Shown: positions 47,501-60,207 of the stretch, piece after piece
Layout of the letters: each line of letters opens with the position of its first letter
How positions within the stretch are numbered: the first letter of the stretch is position 1
DNA from: Takakia lepidozioides
Lineage: Eukaryota; Plantae; Bryophyta
Assembly: GCA_030704615.1 (NCBI GenBank)
Contig: CM060732.1
Span: 34,844,001-34,908,000 of the forward strand
Direction: 5' to 3'
DNA: 64,000 nucleotides
The notes under the pieces: model-generated
What the model was told of the DNA's origin: nothing
Database searches by the model: none
Seen by the model: only the letters and a program-made list of their open reading frames with translations
Made by a program: the position numbers and the translations under genes

Positions 47501-48932
47501 GAATCCAGCCAGCAGATTGCCCCTCAGTAGACTGTGCAGCGCATTGGCGAACCCACTCAGCAGATGGCCGAGCAAACTATCCAGGAGACTAACAGCTAGT
47601 CTGTTCCCTGGATTGGGCAACAGACTCGGATGCACTGGCCTCACCGGGACCCTGTGGATGAATTTCTGCTGAGTTCCCAACAACATGTTTTTGGATCTGC
47701 CAGTATGAGTGTTTTGACCGAGTCCACTTTTCCCCCAGGCACATTCACTGACGACGTCATCAGGTCACCGGTAAAGCATTCTTATCCAGCTCCCCGTGGC
47801 CTGCCTTCTATGACCTTCCAGCTTAGTCCCGTTTTCGTGCGCTCAGTGGCGAAAGCCATAGATGAGTCTTACGTGATGACTGAACTCAATCTGGGAACGC
47901 AAAACCGTATCATAGATCTTACAGAAGAGTCTGAGGAAGCAATTGCCGGTGGGTCTTCCATACATGTTCTTGATGTTTCCTAAGTCCATGGAGATCCGAA
48001 CACCCAGCCGGCTGTCCACCAGACTGACCAGCACACTGAACAGTGGACACATGGAAGGACTGCCGAGCAACCTGTGGCGGGGCAACATACTGTCTTCATT
48101 GATAAGCAGACTAACTAGCAGACTGCACAGGTCACAGATGGAAGGACTGACCAGGATGGCTCGGAGCGGCAGACTGCACAGCTCAGCTTTGACTGCACAG
48201 TTCAGACTGCACGGCCTGACCAGCACACTACATACTTCACAGAGGGAAGGACTGACGACCAACCTGCCACCGAGCACATTGCCCACATTGAGGAAGAGAC
48301 TGAACCGCAGAGTTGCCAGCAGACTGCACAGTTCACAGACGAAAGGACTGATGAAGAACCGGCGGCCGAGCAGACTGCCCACATTGCGCAACAGACTGAA
48401 CATGCTGGCAGGTACACTGACAAGGAACCACATGCGGCGCAGACACCGTCTGGTATAGTGCTGGATTACATGGAGTCTGCTCCCTCACCCCTTGGGCAGG
48501 TTGTGCCATTTCCTCTTTCAGCACTGTTGTTTATGTTTTAGCACATTGTGAAATTGGGCTAATTCGTCATTTTGCTCGGTATCCTCACAGGATGTTCGTC
48601 CCTCCGTCGGCAGACTGTCTACTTCTGAGGACATGACATCTTCCGCCCATGCTGCAAACGTGGGATCGACAACCAAGAAAGGTGTGGGGGTGAGCACGCC
48701 CCCCGATGCGCGGGTCAGTTCTACGCATGCGACCCACGAAGCTGCAAAGACAGGTCCAGCAAGTGTAAACAAACCTGCTGACCAGCCTCTGTTGCGAAGT
48801 AGGGCGGCAGCGCTGCGTTTGTCTGCTCTATCCAGCCCGCCTACAGCTGTCCCTGCTTCCCAGGGGAGAGGCAAAGCCAAGAAGCGGACTGTCGTGGACC
48901 ATGACCGCTCACAAGGTACAATTAAACTCTAA
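44579..48932 (+). pseudogene. MULE accessory coding region of unknown function (one or more genes; N-terminal CxxC..H..C zinc-finger-like motif)
   Basis: ORFs 44579-44950, 44947-45474 and 45834-47054 plus downstream pieces. The first part is clearly homologous to 55030-53919 in element B (LFCPFCEEVIKDKIQLNRHCVDTGC vs LHCPFCSEIIKDKVKLNRHCVDMGC). Confidence 0.7.
46066..46245 (+). repeat. 30-bp coding minisatellite (VIQQTPxQQP)
   Basis: CATCCAGCAGACTCC-type repeats at 30-bp period, 4-5 copies. Confidence 0.85.
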
Positions 48933-49241
48933 GGGGGAGGTAGACCGGGGGTGTGAGGGGAAAGATTTCTGGCAGAGCTCCTTGCACATGAAGGCATGTC
49001 GGCCAAGTCCTCCAAGGACATGTCCTGAATGAGGCAATGCACGCAAATGTGAGGAACACCTCAATGGGAGAAACTGAGAGCACTTACCAAGCAATCCGGG
49101 CTTGGTGGTTCTCCTCTAGTGCTGCTACTGGGATCCAGCTGAAGGAGTTGGAGGACTGGTTGGTTTTCTAGCACTTCAAGTACAGACAGTGGGGAGCTTT
49201 CATGACGACGGTAAGCCTCTTCAATCCCAGAAACACAAATT

Positions 49242-52099
49242 TCACTTTGCATCGTGCATGTTCCAATTCCTTTGGGGTTGTTGGATTGTCACTTGCAGAA
49301 CCTCTGCCACCTCTAGAGGTGCCTCGTCGTAGGGGAAGTCGTCCGGAGGATGTCTTTCCATGAACTGATTGGATTCGTCATTGCCGCCGGCACCATTGCC
49401 CAAGAGCAAGTTAGGTAATCCTTCATGAATGGTTCCCAGCGCCGTGCCACAAGCGCGCACAAGGAGGCCATCCTGCAGGTCAGGGTGAAGCATCTTCAGG
49501 ACACGGACCTGATGCTTGCATAAGTTTCCCTTCATTGCCCATGGGCACGTGCAACAACCCCAATCGCAATCAGGATTGTAAACAATGTATGTTGTGCTGG
49601 GGTGGTTGCTGCTGAGAACGTAGGCTGGTTCACCAGGACCCAAGGGAAGAGTAACACTCTTAGCAGGAATGTCTCGTGCCGCAAACCACATTGCTATTTT
49701 GGGCTTCCAGTACTGTTCGATATAGTCAAGAAATTCATGTCCTTTCGGGTATTTTGACCTCATACGACGGATTCTCCTTGCAACCCACCGAAGCGCTCTT
49801 TTCTCGTTGTGTGGTCCCCCTCTACAGTACATGAGGTCTCCCATATCCTTCAACAAGTTTACAGCGGTCACCGGATCCTTCGTTTTCTTGCATGATTGCT
49901 TCACCCATGCCTTGCGGACATGCCAAAGGCAGAGGAAAATGAGTACTCCTTCAAAAACAATTCTGCACAACACACATGGTACACATTAGAGTCTTGGGAT
50001 TGGACTGCAATGGTGGACTGCCGGAGTGGACTGTAACAGCGACCTGTATCAGCGGGCAGAGCCACTGGACTCGCCCAGTGGACAATACAATGCCATGACG
50101 TTGATGTGCTGGAATAACCCCATTGGACTACCCAGTGGACTTCCCCATTGGACTTCCCCTAGCTAGGACTGGGGCAGCGGACTGCCCCATTGGACTGCCA
50201 CAGTGGACTGCCGAGCGGACTTGCCAGGGACTGCCGAGTGGACTTGGCAGCGGACGGCCGACCCCAGGGACTGCTGAGTGGACTTGACAGCGGACTTGGC
50301 AGCGGACTGCCGAGCGGACTTGCTAGGGGACTGATGAGCGGACTTGACAACGGACTACCAGTGGATTTGCCCAGCGAACTGCCATTGGGTTTCGCCACAG
50401 GAGTCTGCCAGTGGACTATAGCAATGGACTACTGCAGTGGACCTCGACAATGGACCGGTGCTATGGACCAACAGACTTACCGAATAGCGTTGATTTCTGC
50501 TTCGGCATCGTCCACAATGAAGGCATTGGGTCGCCAGCTCGGCAAATCTGCGAGGAGTGAATCACGCAAGGCTCTCATCCACGGAACCAGGTCTCTTGTC
50601 CGATTCCTTGCGGATAGGATATAGGCAACTGGTATACCGTTCAACCACTCGTCGAAGACCATCAACGTGTACAATGGGAACTGTTGGAATGCACAATGTA
50701 AGATGGTCAGAGCATGCAAATTCCGCTCAGTTCTGCACGAGAAGACTTCATAAGAGTGATGAGGTCTGCAGCGGTTCACAATGGGTCTGCCCCTCGGTCT
50801 TCCGCAACATACACATGAAAACATACAGAAAGGGTCAGCACACCAAATATTATGTGAATGTTGCATGGTACTATGCTATTATGCTCGTACAAGTCCATGG
50901 AATCGTTCGAATAGTACCTTGTCATGATTTGTCCCAAAGGTTGCATCACATGCAACGATACGGTCATGTCCTAGTTCCAGCATTCGTCGTTTCTGCTAGA
51001 GTCTGTATGCCAATAGTGAATGTCAAATCTCCATCAAAATGCTCGAATGTTGGCTCTAATTTCTCCTCTTGATAGAAAAAAAACGGACGCAAGATTCTGG
51101 TCTCTCCACATGCACACACTCTCTGCATCATCGGCGTGCTTTTTGAAGGTTTGCCACGCACGTTTGTCGGCAAGGTTGCGAACATCTTGCTCCAACAAGA
51201 AATCATCGCGGGTCCATGCATCGCCCAAACAAGTGTTTTTCATCACGTACTCTTTATGCTCCATCATGATTTGGGCGACCGACAGGCCTCGGCACAAACA
51301 CTCGACGACCCAGGCTTTCAATTCCTCACTAATGTGTGGTGCATAGGCGTGGCGGGTGTTCCTGAACTCTGCGGATTTCCCATGCGAGGGTTTCCCTTGC
51401 GCATCTGTATGCTCCATGTTGTTGTAGTACGTGAGGACACAGATGTCAGGGGCGAGATAACATTGCTGGACCTTTAAACAACATTGACAACAACGTTTAT
51501 AAGACTCTCCATACTCCGACTTCTTTCTCCTTGGGCTTTTATGAGGGCAAGATGTTCCAGCACCCACAAGAGGTCCTCCACGCTTCTGTTTTGGATCCTC
51601 CACTATTGCCTTGTTGGTGCGTTTGTCATCAGGACCGTAGCAGCATTGATACTTGGACAGAAAATTCTAAAATCGATATCCAACGAGTTGAGGAAGCATA
51701 AAATCAGAGAACTCGTGAAACAAAAAATGGCAACAGACATGCAATGAAACGTCAAAAGGACTGAGGATGGTGCACACATAATACTGGACAGAAATGTGTT
51801 GGCTCTGGGTGTTTTTCGCGAGCCGGGTTCCACTTTAGAATGGACATTCACCCAAAACTGAGTGGGTAGTCCTCCAAACTCTCTTCTCCCAGGACGAAGT
51901 CACCAACTCTATCCCAAGGTATGCAGGCCTTTTCAACATTCACTCGCGCACCCATAAACCCATATTGCGTCTCACTCTTCCAATGGAGATCATTCCTGTT
52001 GAAGGGTCTTGGTTTTGCTGTTTGCAAACATTGTCGAAGAGGCCGTATAAGCGGGCTTTCCGTGATCAGTATATCATCGGGTTTTGCTTCCACGTCCAT
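49242..52099 (-). pseudogene. MULE DDE transposase with SWIM finger (At4g13970/At1g60560-like); frameshifted and internally deleted
   Basis: IPWDRVGDFVLGE; YQCCYGPDD; KRCCQC..EHTD..HG; CDATFGTN; FPLYTLMVFD..GIPVAY; FIVDD; CLWHV; SWIM CTCPWAMKGNLCKH. Confidence 0.9.
50000..50470. repeat. Intronic array of short GYGGACT motifs in the transposase gene
   Basis: Dozens of AGTGGACT/AGCGGACT copies at 12-20 bp spacing. Confidence 0.8.
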
Positions 52100-53284
52100 G
52101 CCCTATATAGTACAAAGGACACGCTTTTGAACATGCAAGAAACGCGCCGCAGTACAGGACACGATCGACAACGTGCCAGGAGAACAGTGCGCACGATCGC
52201 GGCTGCTGGCAAGTGGCAAGCGGCAGGGATGCAGGTTTGAATTGCAGCCCTAAAAATGGAGGGCTCGGATGGGTTATGGGAATGGACGGTGACGATCCTG
52301 CGCCGTCAGCGGACTGGATGGCAGGGGACTGGCCAACGGACTGGCGGACTGGCAGACTGCTGGGCAGCCGACTGGCCAGCAGCGGACTAGCAGACTGGAG
52401 GACAATGGACTCATGGGCGGGGGACTGGCCGCGCGGCGGACGGGGGCGCGGGCGCGGTTGCTGCAGCCGCGCCCGCGGCTGGGCGACCGCGCGCAGCGGC
52501 GGGCGGCGGGGCGGGCGGGGTGCTGGGGAGCCGGGCGTCCGTGCGCGGGGCCCACCGGCCACATCGCACGTGCCCATTGAAGACCCTATTATCTTAAAAT
52601 GAGAGGCCTAATATGGCGCCTCTCATTTTACAATAATTGGGACGTAATGGCGCACGCGCGAGTTGACTGGTGGGCCCCGCGCACGGACGCCCGGCTCCCC
52701 CCACCGGGACCCCCCGCCCACGGTCGCCCAGCTGCTGCTGCGGCCCCACCAGCCGCGCCCCCAGTCCGCCGCGGCCAGTCTGCCCGCCAGTCCGCTGCCC
52801 GTGAGTCCAATTCCCCTCAGTCCGCCAAATCGCCAGTCTGCCGGCCAGTCTGCTGTGCATGCCAGTCCACTGTGCCAGTCCCCGCCAGTCCACCCAACAG
52901 TCCGCTATGCCCCTCTGCTGCCCCCAATCTGCACTGGCCGAAGGATCTAGATCGTCCATTCTGAGAAACCCATCCGCGCCATCCATGCCAGTCCGTTGTG
53001 CCAGTCCCGGCCAGTCCACCCAACAGTCTGCCCGCCAGTCCGCCGCCCATGAATCCGCTTTCCTCAAGTCCACTGATGATGCCGCATCTGGACCGTCCGT
53101 TCGTAAATGCCATCTAAACCCTCCATTTTTAGGGCATGAATTCAAACCGTATCCTTGCCGCCTGCCACTTGCCAGCAGCCGCGAACGTGCGCATTGATGC
53201 TCCTTACACGTTGTTCATCGTGTCCAGTGTACTGCGGCGCGTTTCTTGCAGGTTTTGAAGCGTGTCATATATACTGTACAAGGC

Positions 53285-53656
53285 ATGGACGTGGAAGCAG
53301 AAGGTGATGATTTTCGTACCCACGTTCTGTGATTTCATGCTTCCAGAAGTCGATGGATATCCATTGTGATTTTTATGTCCAAGTATCAATGCTGCTACGG
53401 TCCAGATGACAAGCGCACCAACAATGCGATAGTGGAGGATCCCAAACTGAAACGTGGACCTTGTGGGTGCTGGAACATCTCACCGTCATAAAGGCCCAAC
53501 ATTTGTGTCCTCACGTACTACAACAATATGGAGCATACAGACGCAAAAGGGAACGTCTGTCATGGGAAGTCCGTTGAGTTCATGAACACTCGCCACGCCT
53601 ATGCACCACACATTAGCGAGGAATTGAAAGCATGGGTCATGGAGTGTCTGTGCCGA
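53285..53656 (+). pseudogene. Remnant of transposase 5' end in element B
   Basis: MDVEAEGDD..KYQCCYGPDDKRTN..ICVLTYYNNMEHTDAKGNVCHGKSVEFMNTRHAYAPHISEELKAWVMECLCR. Confidence 0.88.
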
Positions 53657-53918
53657 TGACCAGCAAGTCCACAAGCAGACTGACGCAGCAGACCGAGCAG
53701 GTAGACTACCAACTACAAGCAGACTCACAGAACAAAGGAACCAGCGGACTCTAGCGGACTCACGAGCAGACTCACAAGCATCGTGGCACAGAACAAAGGA
53801 ACCAGCGGACTCCAGAAGACTCAATGACAAGAGACACCTGCGCACGTATAGTAGACTGAACCAACAGACTCTATGACAATAGACACCTGCGCACAGTGGA
53901 CTGCAGGAGGGGACTGTA

Positions 53919-55030
53919 CTACTGGACTCCGGAAGCAAGACGAGCAAACTCATGGGACTGACCAGCAAGTCCACAAGCAGACTGACGCAGTAGACTGAGC
54001 AGATAGACTACCAACTGTGGGGACAGACTAGGCATTACCTCCTCCTTCCCGTCGACACAGACGTCCTCCTCATCTTCAAGGGAGCTCAACCAATTTTCCT
54101 CCGCTGCTCGGATGGTTCTGCTGAGCTGTCCGGACTGGGCGAAACTGTAGAAAAAATGGAAGAAGTCAGGATCGTCCACTGGTGGGCACACCGATGGGAG
54201 AAGCCCAAATGCTATCAGGCGCAATGTGCCAGGACAGACTCCACTTTCGACTGGACTTCGTCCACGTGAACCCTCGACTGATTAGGCAAGACAATGTCGA
54301 CGAGAGATGAGACACCTCCTAGACCTGCGAATTCATCATTCCGAATGATGTCTGCAGACGGCTCAACAGACTGGCTCTCACTCAAAGTACTGATGGTCTG
54401 CGTCTGCTGCGTAGACCGTCTCCCTGGCACAGCCCGTGACACTTCCCGACTGCCTTGGGGACGAGTCTGTTGTTGAGATTTTTCCCTCGCCTTCCGAGTA
54501 GACCTTGCAGCCTTTTCTCTTTCCTTCTTCTGGGCCCCATCACTAAGTTTCCTTTTTCTGGGAGCCACAGGCGATGGTGATGTCAGGTCATGCACATCTT
54601 GCATTGAAACAGTAGAACCCACCCCATACCGTGCGCGCACCTCTGCCAAAGTGCGGGCCTTTGGGTTTGCGCCATGGAGTCTGGCGGTGGCCGCATTCAC
54701 CACCCTCATTGAACTTTGAACTGGTCACGGCTTGAAGCCAGGTGGGATATAACGTTTTTTTTTGCAACCCATGTCAACACAATGGCGGTTTAGCTTCACT
54801 TTGTCCTTAATAATTTCACTACAGAAGGGACAGTGGAGCTTATTCTTCTGCCAGTTGGAGTCTGCAGGCTTGATTGCACAGAGGTCTAAGAATGCTTCGA
54901 CTATTTTTGCATCATACTCCTTAGGTAAGTACCAGTACCTTTGTTCCTTTAGCCTGGACTTGTGCATGAAATGCAACCAGTCTGCTCCACCCTTTGCACA
55001 AGCATCCTCCATGGCTGCAGAATCAGACAA
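53919..55030 (-). pseudogene. Accessory gene homologue in element B
   Basis: MEDACAKGGADW..CPFC..; EVRARYGV; PRKRKLSDGAQK; FGLLP..CPP..DPDFF..FY..AQSG, all shared with element A. Confidence 0.85.
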
Positions 55031-58000
55031 GAGATGCAGCGGCTATGAGCGATACACAGACTAAGAATAAGAAAGCAGAGAAGAGCGGAAAAGAGAATGG
55101 AAAGAAACCAAAGCACAAAGCACAAAGAGGAAAGCTCACCAGACGTGTTGCGGAGCGATGGTTGTTGCGATGATTCGGTGCTCACGCGACTGTCCGCGCC
55201 TCGAAAAGCTAACATGAACAAAGGAAAGCGAGCTCGCACAAATGGGAGGTGGACGGGCCCCAAACGAAACAGTGCGAAAGAAGTCCAGCGGGAAGTGGAG
55301 AACAGGTATAACCCTGCATGCGCGGAGTGACGTGGCGAGATTTCACTGGCGCCTTTTTTTTGCCGCCATCGCATTAAATAGTTGCAGACCCCTTACACGT
55401 GCTGGCGGTATGCCACTGCACGGACAGTCCAGCAGACGGTTGAGTGGGACTATCGTCAGTCTGCCGTCGTCGCATTCATTAAGTCCAGCAGACTTACTCC
55501 TGATGACAAAGACGGCCGAGCAAACCCAGTTTCCTCGACAACAGACTCATATGCCACCGCAAGGACAGATTGACGACTGAGGTTAAGCGGACTAACGAAG
55601 AGACTAAGGCGAGTGCGGAGTCTGATGACGTGCCGCAACGTGACTGGGCCTCCTTACCGCCGTCACTGCATTTATTGCATCCAACAGACTCAAACCTAAT
55701 GACATAACGGCCGAACAGACCCACTGTAAACAAACTTGCGCAACAACAGACTCATATGCCACTGCACGGACAGTCCAGCAGACGGAAGGTTCAACAGACT
55801 GACGAAGAGACTGGCGTAGAGTTGCGCAACAACAAACTCATATGCCACTACACGGACAGTCCAACAGATGGAAGGTTCAACAGACTGACGAAGAGACTGG
55901 CGCAGAGTAGTTTGCGCGACAACAGACTGATTTCTAACAAACTAATATCCAAAAAGACAAAGTATCTCATAGGCGGCCGGGTGATACGGGAGTAAACTGT
56001 AAACCGTACTTTTTGTCCGAGTTCGGACGCGGCGCGAGATCACTGGCGCCCCTTCCCGCCGTCGTTGCATTAATAGGTCCAGCAGATTTACACGTGATCA
56101 TAATGACGGCTCAACAGACCCAGCGCAAACAGACTTGTGCCACAGTAGACTGACTTTGTGACAGTCCAGCTGACTGATATCAGAAGAGACGGACAGACCA
56201 GCAGTCCGACGGCTCAGCAGACTCACGGCAATGCGGATAATTAAAAGGTAGTAGTTAAACGGACTCATATCCGAAGAGACGGACTTCCAGTTGACCGACA
56301 GTTCAATAGACTGACGAGAGAAGAGACTTTGGGGATAAGACGGGAGAAGACACTTCGGAATTCGGCATGCAGTGACGGCCCAGTAGTCCAATGAAGAACA
56401 GACTCGCGCCACACCAGACTTGTATCCTTACAAACCAACAGTCCAGCAGACCAGACTGATATCCCATTAGAACCATGCTTGGCGTCGCCGTCATGCCGTG
56501 GTTGCATTTCATCCGTCCAGCAGACTTGCATATGCCCATACTCATGGCACAACACACTGCTTAGAGAAAGTACGGACAAAAACACAGTCGAAGAGACTGT
56601 TGATCCACGCGCATTTGCAGTCGTAAGGACCTCGAACATCCACAAGCAACGTGAATCCACATCTCTTAGGCTACGTCTTCTTTCCCATTGTCCAGTTTTC
56701 AAGGAGACGGTAGTGGTTGAGATGTGATGTTTCAAGAGGTGCATCTGGATGTTTGAGGACCTTCGGACTGGATCCTGTTCTGTTCACACTCTCCGCAGTT
56801 CCTAGACATGTGGTGGCAGAAGACATCCTCCCCAGAACAATCTCATCGGTGGACATAAATTCTGCAATGTATACACGCCCCCACGTGCATATGCTTCCGC
56901 GATTTCCGCTATCGTGTTACCAATAGTTTCCTGCTCCATACGAAGGAGCTCGGACTCGGACACATATCACAAACCGTAAACGCATTCAATTTTTTCACAT
57001 ATCGTCGAAAAAAATAAGCACGTCAGCACAAAATGAAGGCGAAAATAGTTGAAGCATATGCACGATGGTGGCTGTAGAGCCCCGCCAGCCCTCTCATGTT
57101 CAGGCACACCCTTCATCGTCATTAAAATCGTCATAAACAAGAAGAACAGCCGCATGCGTGCAAAGTCGCCTCCGCAACATTGGACAACAAAGAGCCGCAA
57201 GAACGAGACAACGAGAACGAGTGGGCGAGTTCGTGACAGGATGTTACGATCTTCCATGCCCTAAACATGGATGGCGCGGATGGGTTTCTCAGAATGGACG
57301 ATCCAGATCCTTCGGCCGGCGCGGACTGACAGACTGGCAGACTGGGGGGCAGCAGACGGGCACAACGGACTGTTGGGTGGACTTGCGGGGACTGGCACAG
57401 CGGACTGGCGTGCACAGTAGACTGGCCGGCAGACTGGTGGTTTGGCGGACTGAGGGGAACTGGGCTCACGGGCAGCGGACTGGCCGCGCCGGACTGGGGG
57501 CGCGGCAATAGCTGGGCGACCGTGCGCAACGGCGGGCGGGGGGGGGGTTCCGGGTGGGGGGAGCCGAGGTCCGTGCGTGGGGCCCGCCGGTCAGCTCGCG
57601 CGTGCGCCATAACGTCCCAATTATTGTAAAATGAGAGGCAAATATGGCCCGGTGCCAAATATATGTGCTCGGTAAAAAGATGGTGTGTGACAAAGTAGTC
57701 TGTCAGACGTGTTACACTTGGATGGAATTCGGTGATGGAAGATCTTCCGAAGCGTTGGACGAGCCTGCTAGCTGAGCCTATCTGCAAAAGGTGCTCGGCT
57801 GGTTTGGTTACTATCTTGACTCAAAACCCAAAGCCCTGTTTGTAGTTTCCATAGACAGAGCTGCAATCCATGGCACTGCCTTCTCTGTTGGCAAAAATGG
57901 TACCCTGGTCTCACCAGTGTCTGTGAGTATTCCTACATCCATCGTTTGCTTTCAAACCAGAGTTATCTGTAGGCTCACTGGCAATCCAAACCCGATGCCT

Positions 58001-58769
58001 CCTTTGGAGTTGCAGCAATATAAGAATTTCTTCTGGTGGTTTTTAACTGCCCCCCTTAAGCTGTTGCAGTTTGACCCAGACGAGTGACTATGGATGAACA
58101 AGAGCCATGATCATTTCTTCAAGTATTCTGTCAAACTCGGGTATAAGCTGATGATGCCAAAGTGTGGTTTTGACCGTAAATAGACTTTCTTGGAAGCCAA
58201 TATGGGCTGATGTTTGGAAAAAGCATAGGACTTCAAAGGTGACAGCCTTCTTGTGGAAGGTAGTTAACAGGATCCTGCCAGTGGCTGCACACCTCTTAGA
58301 CACACCTGCTCATTGTGTCTCATGCAATCTTAATGCTGCTGAAGACATGGAACACTGCTTGATCCTTTGTCCGTTTGCTAGAGCTGTGTGGAACAAGACC
58401 CTTCTCTTGTACTCTTTTTGGTCATCTGATCTGAATTCCTCCCCCTTTGTTTTATTACTTAATGCCAAGAACGGCAGAATTCATTCTTCCTGTCCAGTTT
58501 GGGAATCTCTAAGAAGGATAATCCTTTGGTAGATATAAAAAATGAGATGTGCAGTGTTGTTTCAGGGGGTGAGGCCCTGCTTGCAGAGAGTACTATACCT
58601 GGCTCACTCAAATTTTAGGTCTGAAGCTCGCAAAGCGCGGTCTGTTCTTGTTTCAGCTCTTTCCAGGTGTAGTAGCTCTACGCGAACCCAACTGCTTACC
58701 TCCTTCGACAAATCATGGGGAAATGACCTCGTTTTCTGCAGACGGATTGTGTGGGAAAACTCTGTCCCT

Positions 58770-59264
58770 GCCTGTTGGCAGCTCAACCAGCACCAAGCAA
58801 ACTTCTTCAGACACTCCGTCTACAGTCATCCCTGTTGTAGGTCCAACCTGACCTCCCGATGCCAACATACACAAAAATGTAGATGCGTGTCATCCCGGCA
58901 CCATCTCCTCGTCCGTCTCACCATGCCATCGAGCTCCAGTGTCATCCTGCTGGCTCGTGCATGGATTGCGACTCAATCCATCCGCATTCTGATTGACCAA
59001 ACCCGGTCGATGCACAACCTGAAAGTCATACTCCTGGAGTATGAGTGCTCACCGTGCAAGCTTCCCCGTAAACTTGTCTGACTCCATCAACCACTTGAGT
59101 GGCTGGTGATCCGTGACAAGGGTGAAAAGATTGTCGTATAGATAGCACCTGAAGTGTGCCACGGCCCACACTGCAGCTAAGCACTCTCCCTCATATGAGC
59201 TGTACTTAACCTCTGCAACGTTGTTCGAGCGACTAGCATAAGCCACTACAAACTCTCTTCCCTC
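58770..59264 (-). mobile_element. Isolated Ty3/gypsy RNase H fragment
   Basis: GREFVVAYASRSNN..YEGECLAAVWAVAHFRCYLY..VTDHQPLKWL..LQEYDFQVVHRPG..NADGLSR. Confidence 0.88.
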
Positions 59265-59840
59265 AGCTGAAGAAGCTGAAGTAAACTGGAGGCACAGGCG
59301 TAGCGGACCTAGGAAAGGGAAATATAAGACACAGCTTACCTTTGAGGCTCCTAAGAGGAAAAGAGGTAGTATGTAGTTTGTTTTTCTGCTCCATCTCTTT
59401 CCCTTCTTGCTTAGGTGTTAAAAAGGCCTGGCCCTATAACATCCTTCTGCATTGTTAGGAAATTTAATTCTGGCTCTCTCTCCTTCCCTTCCTTCCCCTA
59501 GGCTTAGTTAGAGAGCAATCTCGGTGGCTCTTTATCTCTGCTTTGTCCCTTCTCTCTTTGTCATCTAAACTATGGGCTCGGAATGGCACCTCATTAATCC
59601 GCCTCATGGCATCTTGTAAGGTTATTTTTTCCTTACCTTATTAATAAAATTCTAAGGGCTACAATCCCCCTGTTAAAAAAATAAAAAAATAAAAAATAGT
59701 CTATGTACAATACCAGTCTTGGAAGGGAGAGGTCAAGGAAAGTGATACGCTGTTCATCTGTCTGAAATCTCAGGTTATTTCTATGTGCAATAGCCAAATC
59801 TGTCACTTCATACCATAATTTATGCAAGCCAAGCTGCAGA

Positions 59841-60207
59841 TTGAGTCACACATGTGCTGCAACTTTCAGACATGTTAGCATGTGCTACCGTTATCTCAGT
59901 ATTGTTATTTCACCTGATTTATACTCCATACAAATTGCAGATAAGTTTTGCGATTGAACACTATTCCATGCTCTACCCAATATCACCTACTCACCTGATT
60001 TATACTGGCGACGAAATGGCGACATGTTGACCAGTTGAGTCACACGTGCTGCAACTTTCTAGCATGTGCCAATGTTATTTCACCTAATTTATACTCCATA
60101 CAAATTGCAGATAAGTTCTGCGATTGAACACTATTCCATGCTCTACCCAGTATCACCTTCTCACCTGATTTATGCTGGCGACGAAATGGCGACATGTTGA
60201 CCAGTTA
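59841..60207. repeat. Tandem duplication, ~170-bp unit
   Basis: TTATTTCACCT..CATGTTGACCAGTT at 59905 and 60075. Confidence 0.88.

Larger units (their letters stand above)
42466..52607. mobile_element. Mutator-like element A (10.1 kb, ~360-bp TIRs, 9-bp TSD CTAATATGG)
   Basis: Ends GCCTCTCATTTT...AAAATGAGAGGC; TSD at 42457-42465 and 52608-52616; two convergent genes. Confidence 0.95.
52618..57639. mobile_element. Mutator-like element B (5.0 kb, internally deleted relative of A, opposite orientation)
   Basis: Ends GCCTCTCATTTTACAATAATTGGGACG...CGTCCCAATTATTGTAAAATGAGAGGC; TSD TAATATGGC (52609-52617) / AAATATGGC (57640-57648). Confidence 0.93.
42240..59698 (+). mobile_element. 5'-truncated L1-type LINE, split by two MULEs and a gypsy fragment (own sequence ~42240-42465, 57649-58770, 59265-59698)
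   Basis: GGLRV(P)DV..KLLW motif before the MULEs; zf-RVT (KVTAFLWK..RILP..CVSC..EDMEHCLILCPFARAVW) after; AATAAA and A-rich tail ending 59698. Confidence 0.7.
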
